From the NCBI GenBank assembly GCA_964016885.1, contig OZ024743.1, forward strand, positions 372,744,001 through 372,808,000: a stretch of DNA of 64,000 nt, read 5' to 3'. This document shows positions 12,924 to 24,102 of the stretch, in pieces. Origin of the DNA: Eledone cirrhosa (lineage: Eukaryota). The notes beneath the pieces are model-generated. The model searched no databases. It was not told where the DNA came from and saw only the letters and a list, made by a program, of their open reading frames with translations. The position numbers and the translations under genes were made by a program. The first letter of the stretch is position 1; each line of letters starts with the position of its first letter.

Positions 12924-13193
12924 TCAACTGGCCAAGCGGCTTGCCACCAATTCCCTGTAAGCAACTGTAATATAAACAATCATCAAAACCAAAACAAAAG
13001 CATCGTCCAAGAGCCCAAATAAACCAAAGGCAGCTTCAGGAATGATATCTAATGGTGATACAAGATAGCATATTCCAAATACTGCACAGATAGTGATTCT
13101 CATACGGAATATAATCATAAGTCCATTCCATGAGAAGAGTTCATGTAAAAGGTGCCGTAGCAGTGTTGGTATATCGTTAATATAGTCCATTAT
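12924..13193 (-). CDS. RNF170: RNF170 exon 5 (last coding exon): IMDYINDIPTLLRH...YLVSPLDIIPEAAFGLFGLLDD...RLAS*
   Basis: TTGTAG acceptor, phase 0. Matches the RNF170 C-terminal transmembrane/DUF1232 region (human LPTLLRH...[22 protein letters not shown]). Confidence 0.96.
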   Translation of the reverse strand: MMDYINDIPTLLRHLLHELFSWNGLMIIFRMRITICAVFGICYLVSPLDIIPEAAFGLFGLLDDAFVLVLMIVYITVAYRELVASRLAS

Positions 13194-13379
13194 CTACAAT
13201 AGAAAATAACATCAACTGTTCATGTTGACAAACTAAGAGGAGAAATTCTAAAGATACACCAATAAATAGGTCTATATACATATTATATATATACACACAG
13301 ACACACAATATATATACACAGACACATAATATATATACACAGACACATAATATACAGACACAGGCACACACTAGAAAAT

Positions 13380-14575
13380 AACTGTTTCTACTTTTGGCAC
13401 AAGACCAGCCATTACTCCAGTGTATTACTGGTACTTTATTTTATCGACCCTGTAAGGATGAAAGGCAAAGTTAACCTCGGCGGGATTTGAACTCAGAATG
13501 GCAAGGGCCGTAACTCTATGCGTGAAAGCATGGCGTCCAACCCTCCACCGATACTGCCAATCCACTCACCTTATGATAATAATGAAAATTATTGTGTACA
13601 GTCCTCAGGTGCACTTCAACTCATCAAAGGTGCATGTATAGTACATAGAATAATTGTTTCTACTTTTGGCACAATGCCAGCAATTATCCCAGTGCATTAC
13701 TGGTACTTTATTTTATCGACCCTGTAAGGATGAAAGGCAAAGTTAATCTCAGCAGGATTGGACCTCAGACCATAAAGGGCCATAACTATGCTACAAAGCA
13801 TGGCATCCAACCCTCTATTGATACTGTCAGGAAAGTGAACAGTGTGTGAGTCATGATATATAATAATAATAATGAAATATTGTGTACAGTGCTCGGGTGC
13901 ACTACAACTCATCAAAAAGTGTATGTATAGTATATAGAGTAATGTACAACCATCAGGAAAATGAACAGTGCATGAGTCATGATATACACATGTGTGCATG
14001 TGTATGGAAGGGGTACATCAAGTGTAGTTTGGGCGAATTTCGGGAAGCATGAGGCTTTTAAAGGATGCAGTGTCTCGGCAGCTAACAACTGATGCAGGCA
14101 GTTTGTTCCATGCTTCAGCAACTCAAAGCGTGAAAAAATGTTTCCGAAAGTCATGGGAGTTGTGCTGTTTTCTGATTTTGTAGGCATGTCCACGTGTGTT
14201 AGACACATGGAGATCAAAAAGGTGCTCAGGGTTGTTGTTGGCGAGATGGTTAATAACTTTGTGGGTGTTTACCAAGTCCATTGCCAGACATCGGAGCTTC
14301 AATGAATCCATGCCCAGGGAGGCAAGGCGTTCAGAGTATGGTAGGTGTCTGGTGGAGGGTATGCGCTTGGTTGCACGTCTCTGAACAGTTTCCAGGAGGT
14401 CAATGTTCTGAGCAATATAGGGGTTCCAGACTGATGATGCAAATTCCAAGTGTGGTCGTACCATAGCTGTATACAGCTTTAAATAGATGGCTGGAGAGCG
14501 GCTAACAAAGGTCTTGCTGAGTGATGCCAAGACACCCTCGGCCTTCTTGACAATCTTAGAGACATGCTTTGTCCA
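13380..14575 (-). repeat. Direct duplicate of 6388-7583 (SINE + SINE + CR1 fragment) in RNF170 intron 4
   Basis: Constant offset of 6992 bp; ORFs 6526/13518, 7204/14196 and 7289/14281 have identical translations. Confidence 0.93.
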
Positions 14576-15860
14576 CGCTAGCATGGGTTAGACGGAAGTT
14601 GCCCCACTTGAGGCAAGGTTGGTCGGATGACCGTGTCTCGCTCATATAGGACTATCTGACAGGTTTTCTACGGCTGGATGCCCTTCCTAACAACAACCAC
14701 AGTCACAGTGTGGAACTGGGAGGTTTTTACCGTGTTACCTACACGGCCACATTACAGCGTGGACTGTGTGTTTTTTTCTCGTGACACCTACACGATCTCG
14801 ATCTCGTTTATCTCATTTATTTGGACTGGATGTTGTGGTACCAACTTGAGAGAGAGGGGGGATGTTGGTGGGAGTGGGAGGATAGGGTAGGGGTAGTGGA
14901 TTGGGGTGTATATTTGGTTAAGAGATGCCTACTGACTGTAGGTTTCGCTTTGTACATAGGCAAGGCGGGTCTTCTGTATTACTGCGTAGCGCCAAAGATC
15001 TCGGTCCAGTGACATTGTCTTAGAGAGGTGCAAGTGTGTAATGTCGGAATTTATCAGATCGTCCCAGGTTTTTCTGGGTCTACCTACTCCGTAACTACCA
15101 TCAATTTTGATCGCCCTGCACTTTTTTATACAGCTGTCGTCTTTCATGCGCATCACGTGGCCATACCAACGTAGTCTTCTCTCGAGTAAACATCATCTGA
15201 TCCCTCTTATTCCTAATTTCTCACTTAGTTCATTTATGCTTTGCCGTTCACGTATATTACTATTACACATCCAATGGAGCATGCATGCTTCGTTCCTTTC
15301 CAGTCTACGCATGTCCTCTGCACGCAATGCCCATGTCTCACTGCCATGTAGCATTGCTGTTCGTATACAAGCATCATACAATCTGCCTTTCATTTTTAGA
15401 GAGAAACCTTTTGTGGCCAACAGCAGTATAAGCTCTCTGAACTTTTTCCATTCCGTTCTGACTCTGGCTACTGTACTTTCAGAACACCCTCCACCACTGC
15501 TGATTTCGTCACCCAGGTAACGGAAAGTGTCTACTATTTCTATAGAACCATCTGGGCAATAGAAGGGGCTAGTATCCTGTGGACACTTGTTACCTATTGC
15601 ACCTGAGCATCGGCCACATATAAAGTCTACGTTCTTAGATAGTTTACCTGTGATCCCACTACATCTTTTATGTACCCATACTTTGCATTTGGGACATAAA
15701 ATTGAATTTCTGCCTACTCCTTTCCTACACACTGAGCAAGGCCATTTCCCTGAGGGTACCTGTGCCCTATTTTCCTTTCTACAAACTAGGACTTCAGTCT
15801 TAGACAAGTTAACTTTAAGGCCTTTTGATTCTAGGCCATGCTTCCATGTTTGGAATTTAT
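14576..15860 (-). mobile_element. RTE-clade LINE 3' portion (RT C-terminus with a Cys/His finger, plus 3' UTR)
   Basis: KTEVL...FRYLGDEI...ARVRTEWKKFREL...LYDACIRTAMLHGSETW...GRPRKTWDD are RTE ORF motifs; in-frame stop near 15193. Confidence 0.9.
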
Positions 15861-16089
15861 CAAGTTGTCCCAGGTTTTTCTGGGTCTGCCTACTCCGTGG
15901 CTACCGTCTATTTTTATCATATCATCATCATCATCGATTAACGTCCATCTTCCACGTTAGCATGGGTTAGACGGGTCCTATTTTAAGACAAGTTGTGTCA
16001 GGTGATTGTGTCTCGCTCAAATAAGAGTGTTTTTCGCTGGTTTTCTACGGCTGGATGCCCTTCCTAACGCCAATGACATTTACATATAT

Positions 16090-16405
16090 AAAATTTAAGC
16101 ATGTTTTGCCACATGAGGACCAAAGGTGCAAGATGTTCAGGATTGCGAGACAATGTGTCAGGGAAAATTGTGATATATTGTTGGGGAGAAGTGTGTCCGC
16201 GATGATAACAGAGTACTTGCCCTCACTGATACTGAAAAGAAGGTAGCATGGAAGTGCCACTATGAAAGACTACTAAATGAGGGGAATGAATGGGATGAAC
16301 ATAGTTTGTCCCAAGTTGACCCAACAGAGGGACCGGCTGTGCAAGTTAGTAGTAGTAGAGTAAGTAAGACAATCAAAGATATGAAAACAGGCAAGGCAGC
16401 TGGAG
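16090..16405 (+). mobile_element. RTE LINE internal fragment (endonuclease-RT linker)
   Basis: Reads MFRIARQCVRENCDI / EKCVRDD...AWKCHYERLLNE...IKDMKTGKAAG across a frameshift. Confidence 0.8.
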
Positions 16406-16494
16406 TAAAGACTGCCTCTAAAAAAACCTAGTCTTCATGGGTTTGAGAAAGTAGCAGTTTGGTAACTGACACAAATAAGACCACCAAAACTGCA

Positions 16495-16680
16495 AGATGT
16501 AAGAGGAATATTATTCTCCTCATCACCAAAACATGGCCAAACTACTAATGTTAAAAATTACAGCCCAATAACCTGTCAGAATATCATGGACAAATTATAC
16601 ACTGGATACCTTAACCTGTTGTTGCAGGATCATTGTGCCACCATTAACATCATAACACCTGAACAAGCTAGGGGAAAGCT
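16495..16680 (+). mobile_element. Degraded non-LTR RT fragment, R4/Dong-like
   Basis: KNYSPITCQNIMDKLYTGYL...IITPEQARG resembles the NYRPITCL..YKL.T....EQ.G motif. Confidence 0.55.
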
Positions 16681-16953
16681 ACTAATTAACAAAAATGACT
16701 CAGATACAAAAATAGTGTACCAAGCCTTAGTCAGGTATTAGATAACATCTGTTAGTGGTTGTGTGATGTTGGCTAACTGTAAAACTAGGGATTGTTTCAG
16801 GTGGTTTGGTATCCAAAGGGTTAATTCATTTTCAACAATTCTTTTTTTAAATACAAGAATTAATGTGCAGTCTGAGCCTGGAACAGTAAAATACCAAAAA
16901 TGTGACTGGCACTATAAAAAAGTATAAAATGTTATTACTTCAAAGTCACTTAC

Positions 16954-17073
16954 AGATCGAGGTTCTCCTGAGAATCTTCGGTTGTAATCATGAATTTGAT
17001 TAAGTATATTAGTCCGTTCTTCTGTTGTGTAATGAGTTTCTGCATCAGTGAAACATATTAAAAGAAGAGTGAC
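16954..17073 (-). CDS. RNF170: RNF170 exon 4: VTLLLICFTDAETHYTTEERTNILNQIHDYNRRFSGEPRS
   Basis: 120 bp, TTTCAAG acceptor and GTAAGT donor, phase 0-0. Conserved VTLLL and DYNRRFSG.PRS. Confidence 0.96.
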
Positions 17074-17095
17074 CTTGAAAGAAATGAAATATTTT

Positions 17096-17975
17096 ATTAG
17101 TAACTACTAGAAACAGAGTGTGATAACTACAACACTAGTACTTGGTAACTACTAGCAACAGAGTGTGATAACACTAGTACTTAGTAACTACTAGCAATAG
17201 AGTGTGATAACTATAACACTAGTACTCAGTAACTATTAGCAACAGAGTGTGACAACTATAACATACTTAGTAACTACTAGCAACAGAGTGTGACAACATT
17301 AACACTAGTGCTTAGTAACTATTAGCAACAGAGTATGACAACTATAACACTAGTACTTAGTAACAACTAGCAACAGAGTGATAACACTAACCCTAGTACA
17401 TAATAACTACTAGCAACTGAGTGACTATAACACTAGTACTTAGTTACTAGCAACAGAGTGTGACAACTATAACACTTGTACTTAGTAACTACTAGCAACA
17501 GAATGTGATAACTACAATACTAGTACTTAGTAACGATTAGAAACAGAGTATGATAACTATAACATACTTAGTCACTACTAGCAACACAGTGTGACAACTA
17601 TAACACTTGTACTTAGTAACTACTAGCAACAGAGTGTGATAACTACAACACTAGTACTTAGTAACTACTAGCAACAAAATGTGACAACTACAACACTAGT
17701 ACTTAGTAACTACTAGCAACAAAATGTGATAACTACAACACTAGTACTTAGTAACTACTAGCAACAGAGTGTGATAACTACAACACTAGTACTTAGTAAC
17801 TACTAGCAACAAAATGTGACAACTATAACACTTGTACTTAGTAACTACTAGCAACAGAGTGTGATAACTACAACACTAGTACTTAGTAACTACTAGCAAC
17901 AAAGTATGACAACTACAACACTAATGCCTGGTAACTACTAGCAACAGTGTGACAACACTAACACTAATACTTAGC
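17096..17975. repeat. 45-bp minisatellite (ACTAGTACTTAGTAACTACTAGCAACAGAGTGTGATAACTACAAC), about 20 units, RNF170 intron 3
   Basis: Period of 45 measured between 17650 and 17695. Confidence 0.95.
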
Positions 17976-18049
17976 ATCTTTCCTCATTTCTTCCTCTATC
18001 ATTTTAGAGTGAGATATGAGGAGGTGCGACAGAAGCCTGGTTGGAGGCC

Positions 18050-18208
18050 CAACCTTCTGAGTTCTTTAGACAGGACTTAGAAAAACTGAAGGACTGCTGC
18101 AATAAGTGTGTGAATCTGAGAAGGGAATATGTTGAATAAAATCATAATTAACTGATCCTCCTGTATTTTCTTTTACCTAAAACCGGGAACTTTTCAGCAC
18201 CCCACGTA
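18050..18208 (+). mobile_element. mariner transposon 3' end fragment
   Basis: PSEFFRQDLEKLKDCCNKCVNLRREYVE* matches the mariner transposase C-terminus; followed by TIR-like GGAACTTTTCAGCACCCC and TA. Confidence 0.75.
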
Positions 18209-18544
18209 TTTATAAATGAACACTTTATTCTGAAATATTTTAAAAATTCTATTGATATTACAAAAGTACCAATCCAGGCCAGTTGTTTAGAACAATGTTG
18301 GGACATTGGAAATGATGCCATGCCGTATATCAGTTTCAGCTCTGTGCATTCTGTTTCAAATCCCACTACCAGACACCAGAAAAAATGGGTCTTGTGGGAC
18401 TCCACAAAAATGATGACAGGCATGTAAAAATCTTTAAGCATGTCACCAAGTATTTCAGCTAAACACCCTCTTAATGTCAACACACCAACAGGGAGAAGAG
18501 ATTTGATAATCTTACAATAATGATATAATACAGAAAATTGTAGA

Positions 18545-18850
18545 GATGAGTACTGGCACTCCATCGGATATGACGACAAGTGTTCCAGTTGATCCGATCA
18601 ACGGAACACCCTACTAGTGAAATTAACATGCAAGTGGCTGAGCATTCCACAAACACACATATATTTAATGTAATTCTCAGGGAGATTCAGCGTGACACAT
18701 GAATTATAGGTACAACTCACTTTTGCCAGTTGAGTGGACTGGAGCAACATGAAATAAAGTGTCTTGCTCAAGAACTCAACACACCGTTGGGAACTGAACC
18801 CATGTCCTTATGATTGCAAGCCGAATACCCTAACCCTAACCCTAACCACA
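18545..18850 (-). mobile_element. tRNA-derived SINE, second family
   Basis: GTGGACTGGAGCAA...AAATAAAGTGTCTTGCTCAAG...GAACTGAACCC; relatives at 34470-34635, 59465 and 63315. Confidence 0.75.
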
Positions 18851-19190
18851 AACTCATTCAATAAAAGAGTAATAAAAAAACCAGCCAGAACAAGGTCCAT
18901 AGCATCTTTAAACTGCCAGAGATTTACACTGATGTTAATCTCCAATATTTTAATGACAACCTCTTATAATGAGCCTTAAATAGGTTTCACCAAAGATGAT
19001 CCTCTACAAAACTCAGGATTACAGAGATCTGCTCTCATATATCTAGGACTTTTATTTATTTAATTTATCAATGGTTTCAGAATTCAAAAGAAAACAATAA
19101 ATCAATATTTCAAGACAAAATAAACTTTTTTTTTTAAATATATAAGCTGAAGGGTTTTTTTGGTTTTTTTTTGCTATCTCCAAAACTTAC

Positions 19191-19264
19191 CTTTTGTCTA
19201 CAAACTGGACATTTAATTCCACCTAACCATGATCCATAATGCCAATAAGCAATGATGCAGTTAG
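19191..19264 (-). CDS. RNF170: RNF170 exon 3: [25 protein letters not shown] (second half of the RING domain)
   Basis: 74 bp, TTTCAG / GTAAGT, phase 1-0. Human equivalent is [24 protein letters not shown]. Confidence 0.97.
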
Positions 19265-19687
19265 CTGAAAACAAACAATGAGAATATATACATTCTGTAA
19301 AGTGGTTGGTGATAGGAAGGGCATCTAACTGTAAAAAATCAGCCCAAAAAAGGGTCAAGAGAGGACTCTTCAGCTGTGCCAAAGACAAACAACCTCCCCA
19401 GTGTTGGTGCCAAGATAAAATGCACTAAGTAGAGCATGGGATCATATGTCAGACTCCCAACCTGTTGGAGCAATCAATTGAGTAATACAGATACTACATA
19501 TGTAAGCAGGATGGAGGCATCCGACTCACTTGGAGATCAGTGGCTCCACATGAGTACTGACCTAACTGTGATGATATGTCCAAGTCTTGCTAGCAGAAAA
19601 ATCACATTAAATGTTGATGATAACAACAATGATATGTAGACTTTAATATAAGTAACAAGGTTAATATTTAGTATCTTGATAGGTAGA

Positions 19688-19850
19688 GGTGGCTGTAGCA
19701 TGGCCAAGTGTTTAAGGAGCTTGCTGCACAATCATTAAGTTCCAGGTTTGACCCCATTGCAGGCATCTTGAGCAATTGTTTACCATAGCTTCAGGTCAAC
19801 CCATGGTTTGTGGGTGAAATTGGGAAGACAGAAACTGTTTGGAAGCTAGT
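19688..19850 (+). mobile_element. tRNA-derived SINE, third family (intact relative of the element hosting the 33-bp satellite)
   Basis: Its reverse complement aligns with both flanks of the 38912-51376 array; another copy at ~34645-34775. Confidence 0.7.
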
Positions 19851-19909
19851 CAAATGGACTGTACCTGGAATTCAGAGTCTTGTTACATAGCATGTCATAC
19901 TGAATGTTT

Positions 19910-20656
19910 ATGGAGATAACCTCATTCCAAGCCACCACAGATTAACACTATGTTTGACTTTTATACTTACTTCCTTTCTTCTGATTACTGAGTAGTGAAG
20001 CTGGAGATAACCTCATTCCAAACTATCCCAGACAAACACTGGCTTTTACACCACCCTCTCTTCTTCTGATGACTGAGTACTGAAGCTAGCGATAACCTCA
20101 TTCCAAGTCACCTCAGACTAACACTTTTACACCTACCTCCTTTCTTCTGATGACTGAGTACTGAAGCTAGCGATAACCTCATTCCAAGTCACCTCAGACT
20201 AACACTTTTACACCTACCTCCTTTCTTCTGATGCCTGAGTACTGAAGTTGGAGATAACCTCATTCCAAGCTACCTCAGACTAACACTTTTACACCTACCT
20301 CTCTTCTTCTGATGACTGAGTACTGAAGCTAGCGATAACCTCATTCCAAGTCACCTCAGACTAACACTTTTACACCTACCTCTCTTCTTCTGATGACTGA
20401 GTAATGAAGTTGGAGATAACCTCATTCCAAGTCACCTCAGACTAACACTTTTACACCTACCTCTCTTCTTCTGATGACTGAGTAATGAAGTTGGAGATAA
20501 CCTCATTCCAAGTCACCTCAGACTAACACTTTTACACCTACCTCCTTTCTTCTGATGCCTGAGTACTGAAGTTGGAGATAACCTCATTCCAAGCTACCTC
20601 AGACTAACACTTTTACATTTACCTCCTTTCTTCTGATGACTGAGTACTGAAGCTGG
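19910..20656. repeat. 81-bp minisatellite, about 9 units, RNF170 intron 2
   Basis: GATAACCTCATTCCAAG recurs at 20091, 20172, 20253, 20334, 20415, 20496 and 20577, with two diverged units before these. Confidence 0.95.
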
Positions 20657-20782
20657 CACATTAAGGTGCCAGCTTGTACTCAGCAAACTGAAGCTAAGAC
20701 AACTTGTCTTCAAGAGCAGTAATCTGAATATTGTAAAGAATATTTAATTTGGAATTAAATTGTCTGAAATATTAAAACTTAC

Positions 20783-20958
20783 CACAAAATACATGGCCAC
20801 AATTTGTTTCAACTCCAAAGCAAAGATCATCAAGGCAAACCGGACAACTTGATTCATTTTGTCTTCGATGTGGATCACTTACAGGTACACGGTTCAGGTG
20901 TTCCCGAGCAGTTTGAACATTTTCTAAACTATCAGGGTGGATTACTTGTTGATAGTAA
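20783..20958 (-). CDS. RNF170: RNF170 exon 2: YYQQVIHPDSLENVQTAREHL...CPVCLDDLCFGVETNCGHVFC (first half of the RING domain)
   Basis: 176 bp, TTTTAG / GTAAGT, phase 2-1. Conserved IHP and CP.CL....VETNCGH.FC. Confidence 0.96.
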
Positions 20959-21527
20959 CTAAAATAAATACAAAACAGAAGACATTAATCTTTCTGATAC
21001 CAAGCCCTACATTTGTTCAAGTATATAGTTATACTTCCCAAGTTACTCATACATATAATCAGGTGTGTCATTTGTACATACATGCTGAACATTTATCTAA
21101 TTTTATCCCAGAAATAAATTATTGAAATATCATTATCTTTAATCATTTCCACGTGTCAGTAATCAACATAAACTATAGGGTTTCTCTTATGCAAACCATT
21201 AATTTATCAAAACACAAACTTTCTAGTTTGTATGATTGTTCATATATCCTGTAATCCTGGTATACAAGGCATACCAATCCTGTACTCCAAAAATTAAATA
21301 TGTCCATTACTATTGCCATCTTTATTAATACCATGGGGCATTTACTATGTGTATGCATGTATATATATATATATAGTATGGGGTTAACCGAACAGGGATG
21401 TGTGGACCACATTATGGTCTGTCAGGTGTGAAGCTGATAAAAGGAGGTGCTCAACGACCTGTGTAAATGGTGCAAGCCGGAGCAATATATATCAATAAAA
21501 GATCTGAGGCCATATTTAGTTGGTTCA

Positions 21528-21606
21528 GGTTTATTTAAAATCCGTTATATATATTTCACTGAGGACTATCAGTTATGATAGTCTGAGTTCCTCAGACAGT
21601 TAAACC
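21528..21606 (-). ncRNA. Minimal type I hammerhead ribozyme motif (Penelope/retrozyme-like) in RNF170 intron 1, sense orientation
   Basis: Minus strand: GGUUUAACUGU-CUGAGGA-ACU CA GACUAUCA UAAC UGAUAGUC CUC AGU-GAAA-UAUAUA-UA-ACGG...UAAACC. Core intact, three stems can form, palindromic loop III. Confidence 0.65.
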
Positions 21607-22513
21607 TATAAAACAAAGTTAACCCATGCTAGCGTGGAAAATGGACGTTAAACGATGATGATGTTGATGATGATGATATATATATATAAATAATTGGTGT
21701 GGGATGCTTAAAGTGTCCGTAAGCCGTAGGCCGTTTGAGCACTCGATGGGTGTGGTCGCCAGAGAAACGATTGTAAGATGTCTAATAAATTTAATTCGTC
21801 GCAACACTGATTCTCCGTTTCTTATGTGATATATATACATATATAATATCAGTATCTAGCGTCCATTTTTCCATGAGTTAGACAGGTTGCCAGGTTATGA
21901 AATAAGTCAGGTCAGGTGTCCACGTCATGCTCACACGGGTTTGTATTTTGGGTTGGTTTCTACAGCTGGATGACTTTCCTACAGTGTAGACTGGGCTTTT
22001 TTTTATCGTGGCACTAAAATTACCATCTGACAGGGTGAACTGGATGGTTGTTCGATGTTACCAGCACGAGCACCTTACATGATGGACTGTGTGGTTTTTC
22101 TCGTGTCACAACACAACAGGGAGGGCTCGGTGCTTTTTTTTCTTGTGTCACAGCACGACCACTATTTAGGGTTGACAATACATATTAATGAGAGAGAGAT
22201 CCGACAGTGAGCTTGGGCAGTTTCAGTTTGTAACTTCTCCAAGCTTCTTCGGGGTACTATCTCATTGTATCCTAAAGAAGCACTCGGACCTCTACCTTAT
22301 TAACATACCCACTCTGTATCTCATCATGCATCGAGTACTACTCTGATTTGTGGTCTTCCCGGTCATCGCACCGCAAACACTCCATACATATAGATGTGTG
22401 TGTGTATCTGGTTTCAAATATGTACACCGTATCTCTGCGTGTCGTAAACGTCTGGTGTGGATTGTGTCAGAAGGGGCACCCGGCTGTGAAATATTGCCTC
22501 AAAAAGTCCCGTT

Positions 22514-22584
<71 letters not shown>

Positions 22585-22768
22585 CGTGTGTGTGTGTCTG
22601 TATGTGAATAGAAGAGGGGTTTAATAAAGTTATGAACTGTGCAAGTGTGAAGTTAGTAAATAAAGAAATATTAACTGAATGTCTATTCATCGAATTAACA
22701 GCAAAAATTATGAAATGAAAGTTACGTGATCATAGCAAAAATAACTTATAAAAGTGATAATATCTCAC

Positions 22769-22875
22769 CGTTTTCTCATGGTTGCAAAAACTATAAGTAT
22801 TGTGAATGGCACTAATGTGAAGAAACAGACATATATGACTTCGTCGCCAACGCCTTCAAGGAAAGTTGATGACAT
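22769..22875 (-). CDS. RNF170: RNF170 first coding exon: MSSTFLEGVGDEVIYVCFFTLVPFTILIVFATMRKR
   Basis: 107 bp, GTGAGA donor, phase 2. EGV.D.V plus N-terminal TM helix as in RNF170. The five exons sum to 747 nt = 248 aa plus stop. Confidence 0.93.
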
Positions 22876-24063
22876 GACTAAACCGAAAGAGAAAGTGAGA
22901 AAGAGAAAGATATAAAACCTCAATAACTATATTTCAAAGAAATTAAAATAGAGAAACTAAAACTGACAAAGTTGTTACTACTGATACTACTAACTACAGT
23001 ATTGTATCGACTGTAGATTAAATGTTATTATTTTGGTCGCGAAATTCAGTAACAAATAAAAAGAGAAAGGCACTAACAGACTTTAAGACTGTTTGACAGT
23101 TTACACAAGTTTGTTTGTAAAGATGACCTGTAATAAATTATTAGAAAAGCTGCCAAAGTGAATGAAATATTTCACCTTCGCTCGGTTATTTCAGCAATCA
23201 ATTATTTAACGTTTACCGAAAAAAAAGGAAAAGCAGAAAAAAGGTGTCTTTAAAATTAAACAAAATAAAATCTCCGGTAAAAAATGTTATCAATTAAAGT
23301 TATATATAGATATTTATATTTGATAACAAACTCTTCTGACAACCACATAACCAACTTTCTAATTTACATATAAGTCTGTATATTGCGTACAGTACAGCAA
23401 ACATAGCTGCTGAGTTAATATATAAATAAAAAAACATACCAATAATATTTCAATTCCTGTTCTAAAGTTTACAACATCCTATAAATAATTATAGACAAAT
23501 AATAAGCAGAGAAGAAATGATAAACTACCAAAATAACTTATCAAATATTCTTGATTTCTTCGTCAACTTTTTTACTAAAAGCGGAACTCTTTACAGTTAC
23601 CTCCCTTGGCACAAGCTTTTTTTTTTTTTTTATTTTCTTAACAATCTCGAGCTGAACAGAAAATATGGAAAGCTAATCGTGTAATAAATTCTGCAGCTAT
23701 TTGTATAAGTAAAACCAAAATTTTTTTGTAGAAAAATACGAATACACCATTGTTAATTTATTTTTTAATATTTTACATTAATTTAATATTTTATTTATAT
23801 TCAACTCTTACGTGAAGTTAGTAATGGTGTTGTAACTTCTTTAATTGATCTAATTTTATGACAATGTTAACACTCCATATTTTTAACAGGTCGTTGTCAT
23901 CAGCCAAATTGTAAAAAAATCCACTCGGCTTCCCAAATCAGTTGTAACATTTTACCTAAGCTCATGACGATGGACGGCTGTTAATATTTCTACTTATATA
24001 AAACACTCTACTTTAGATTCCTTATAAACAATTCACTGTCTAGCTTGTCAACAAACTGTCAAA
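22876..24063. promoter_or_regulatory. Putative bidirectional promoter and 5' UTR region shared by RNF170 and Hook
   Basis: 1188 bp without recognisable transposon sequence between divergent start codons. TSS positions cannot be determined from sequence. Confidence 0.65.
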
Positions 24064-24102
24064 ATGGACCGAACCTACTCTTATTCAATGTTAATTAAAT
24101 GG
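24064..24102 (+). CDS. HOOK: Hook-family protein, coding exon 1: MDRTYSYSMLIKW
   Basis: AAAATGG start context and TGG|GTAAGT phase-0 donor after L..W, as recalled for HOOK3 exon 1 (...SLLTW|). It joins in frame to the exon at 54733. Confidence 0.8.

Noticed and set aside
18827-18848. (CCCTAA)n telomere-like repeat
   Set aside because: Only about three copies, formed by slippage within a SINE head.
17096-20656. CRISPR-like arrays
   Set aside because: The units are tandem with no unique spacers, there are no cas genes, and the context is eukaryotic introns.
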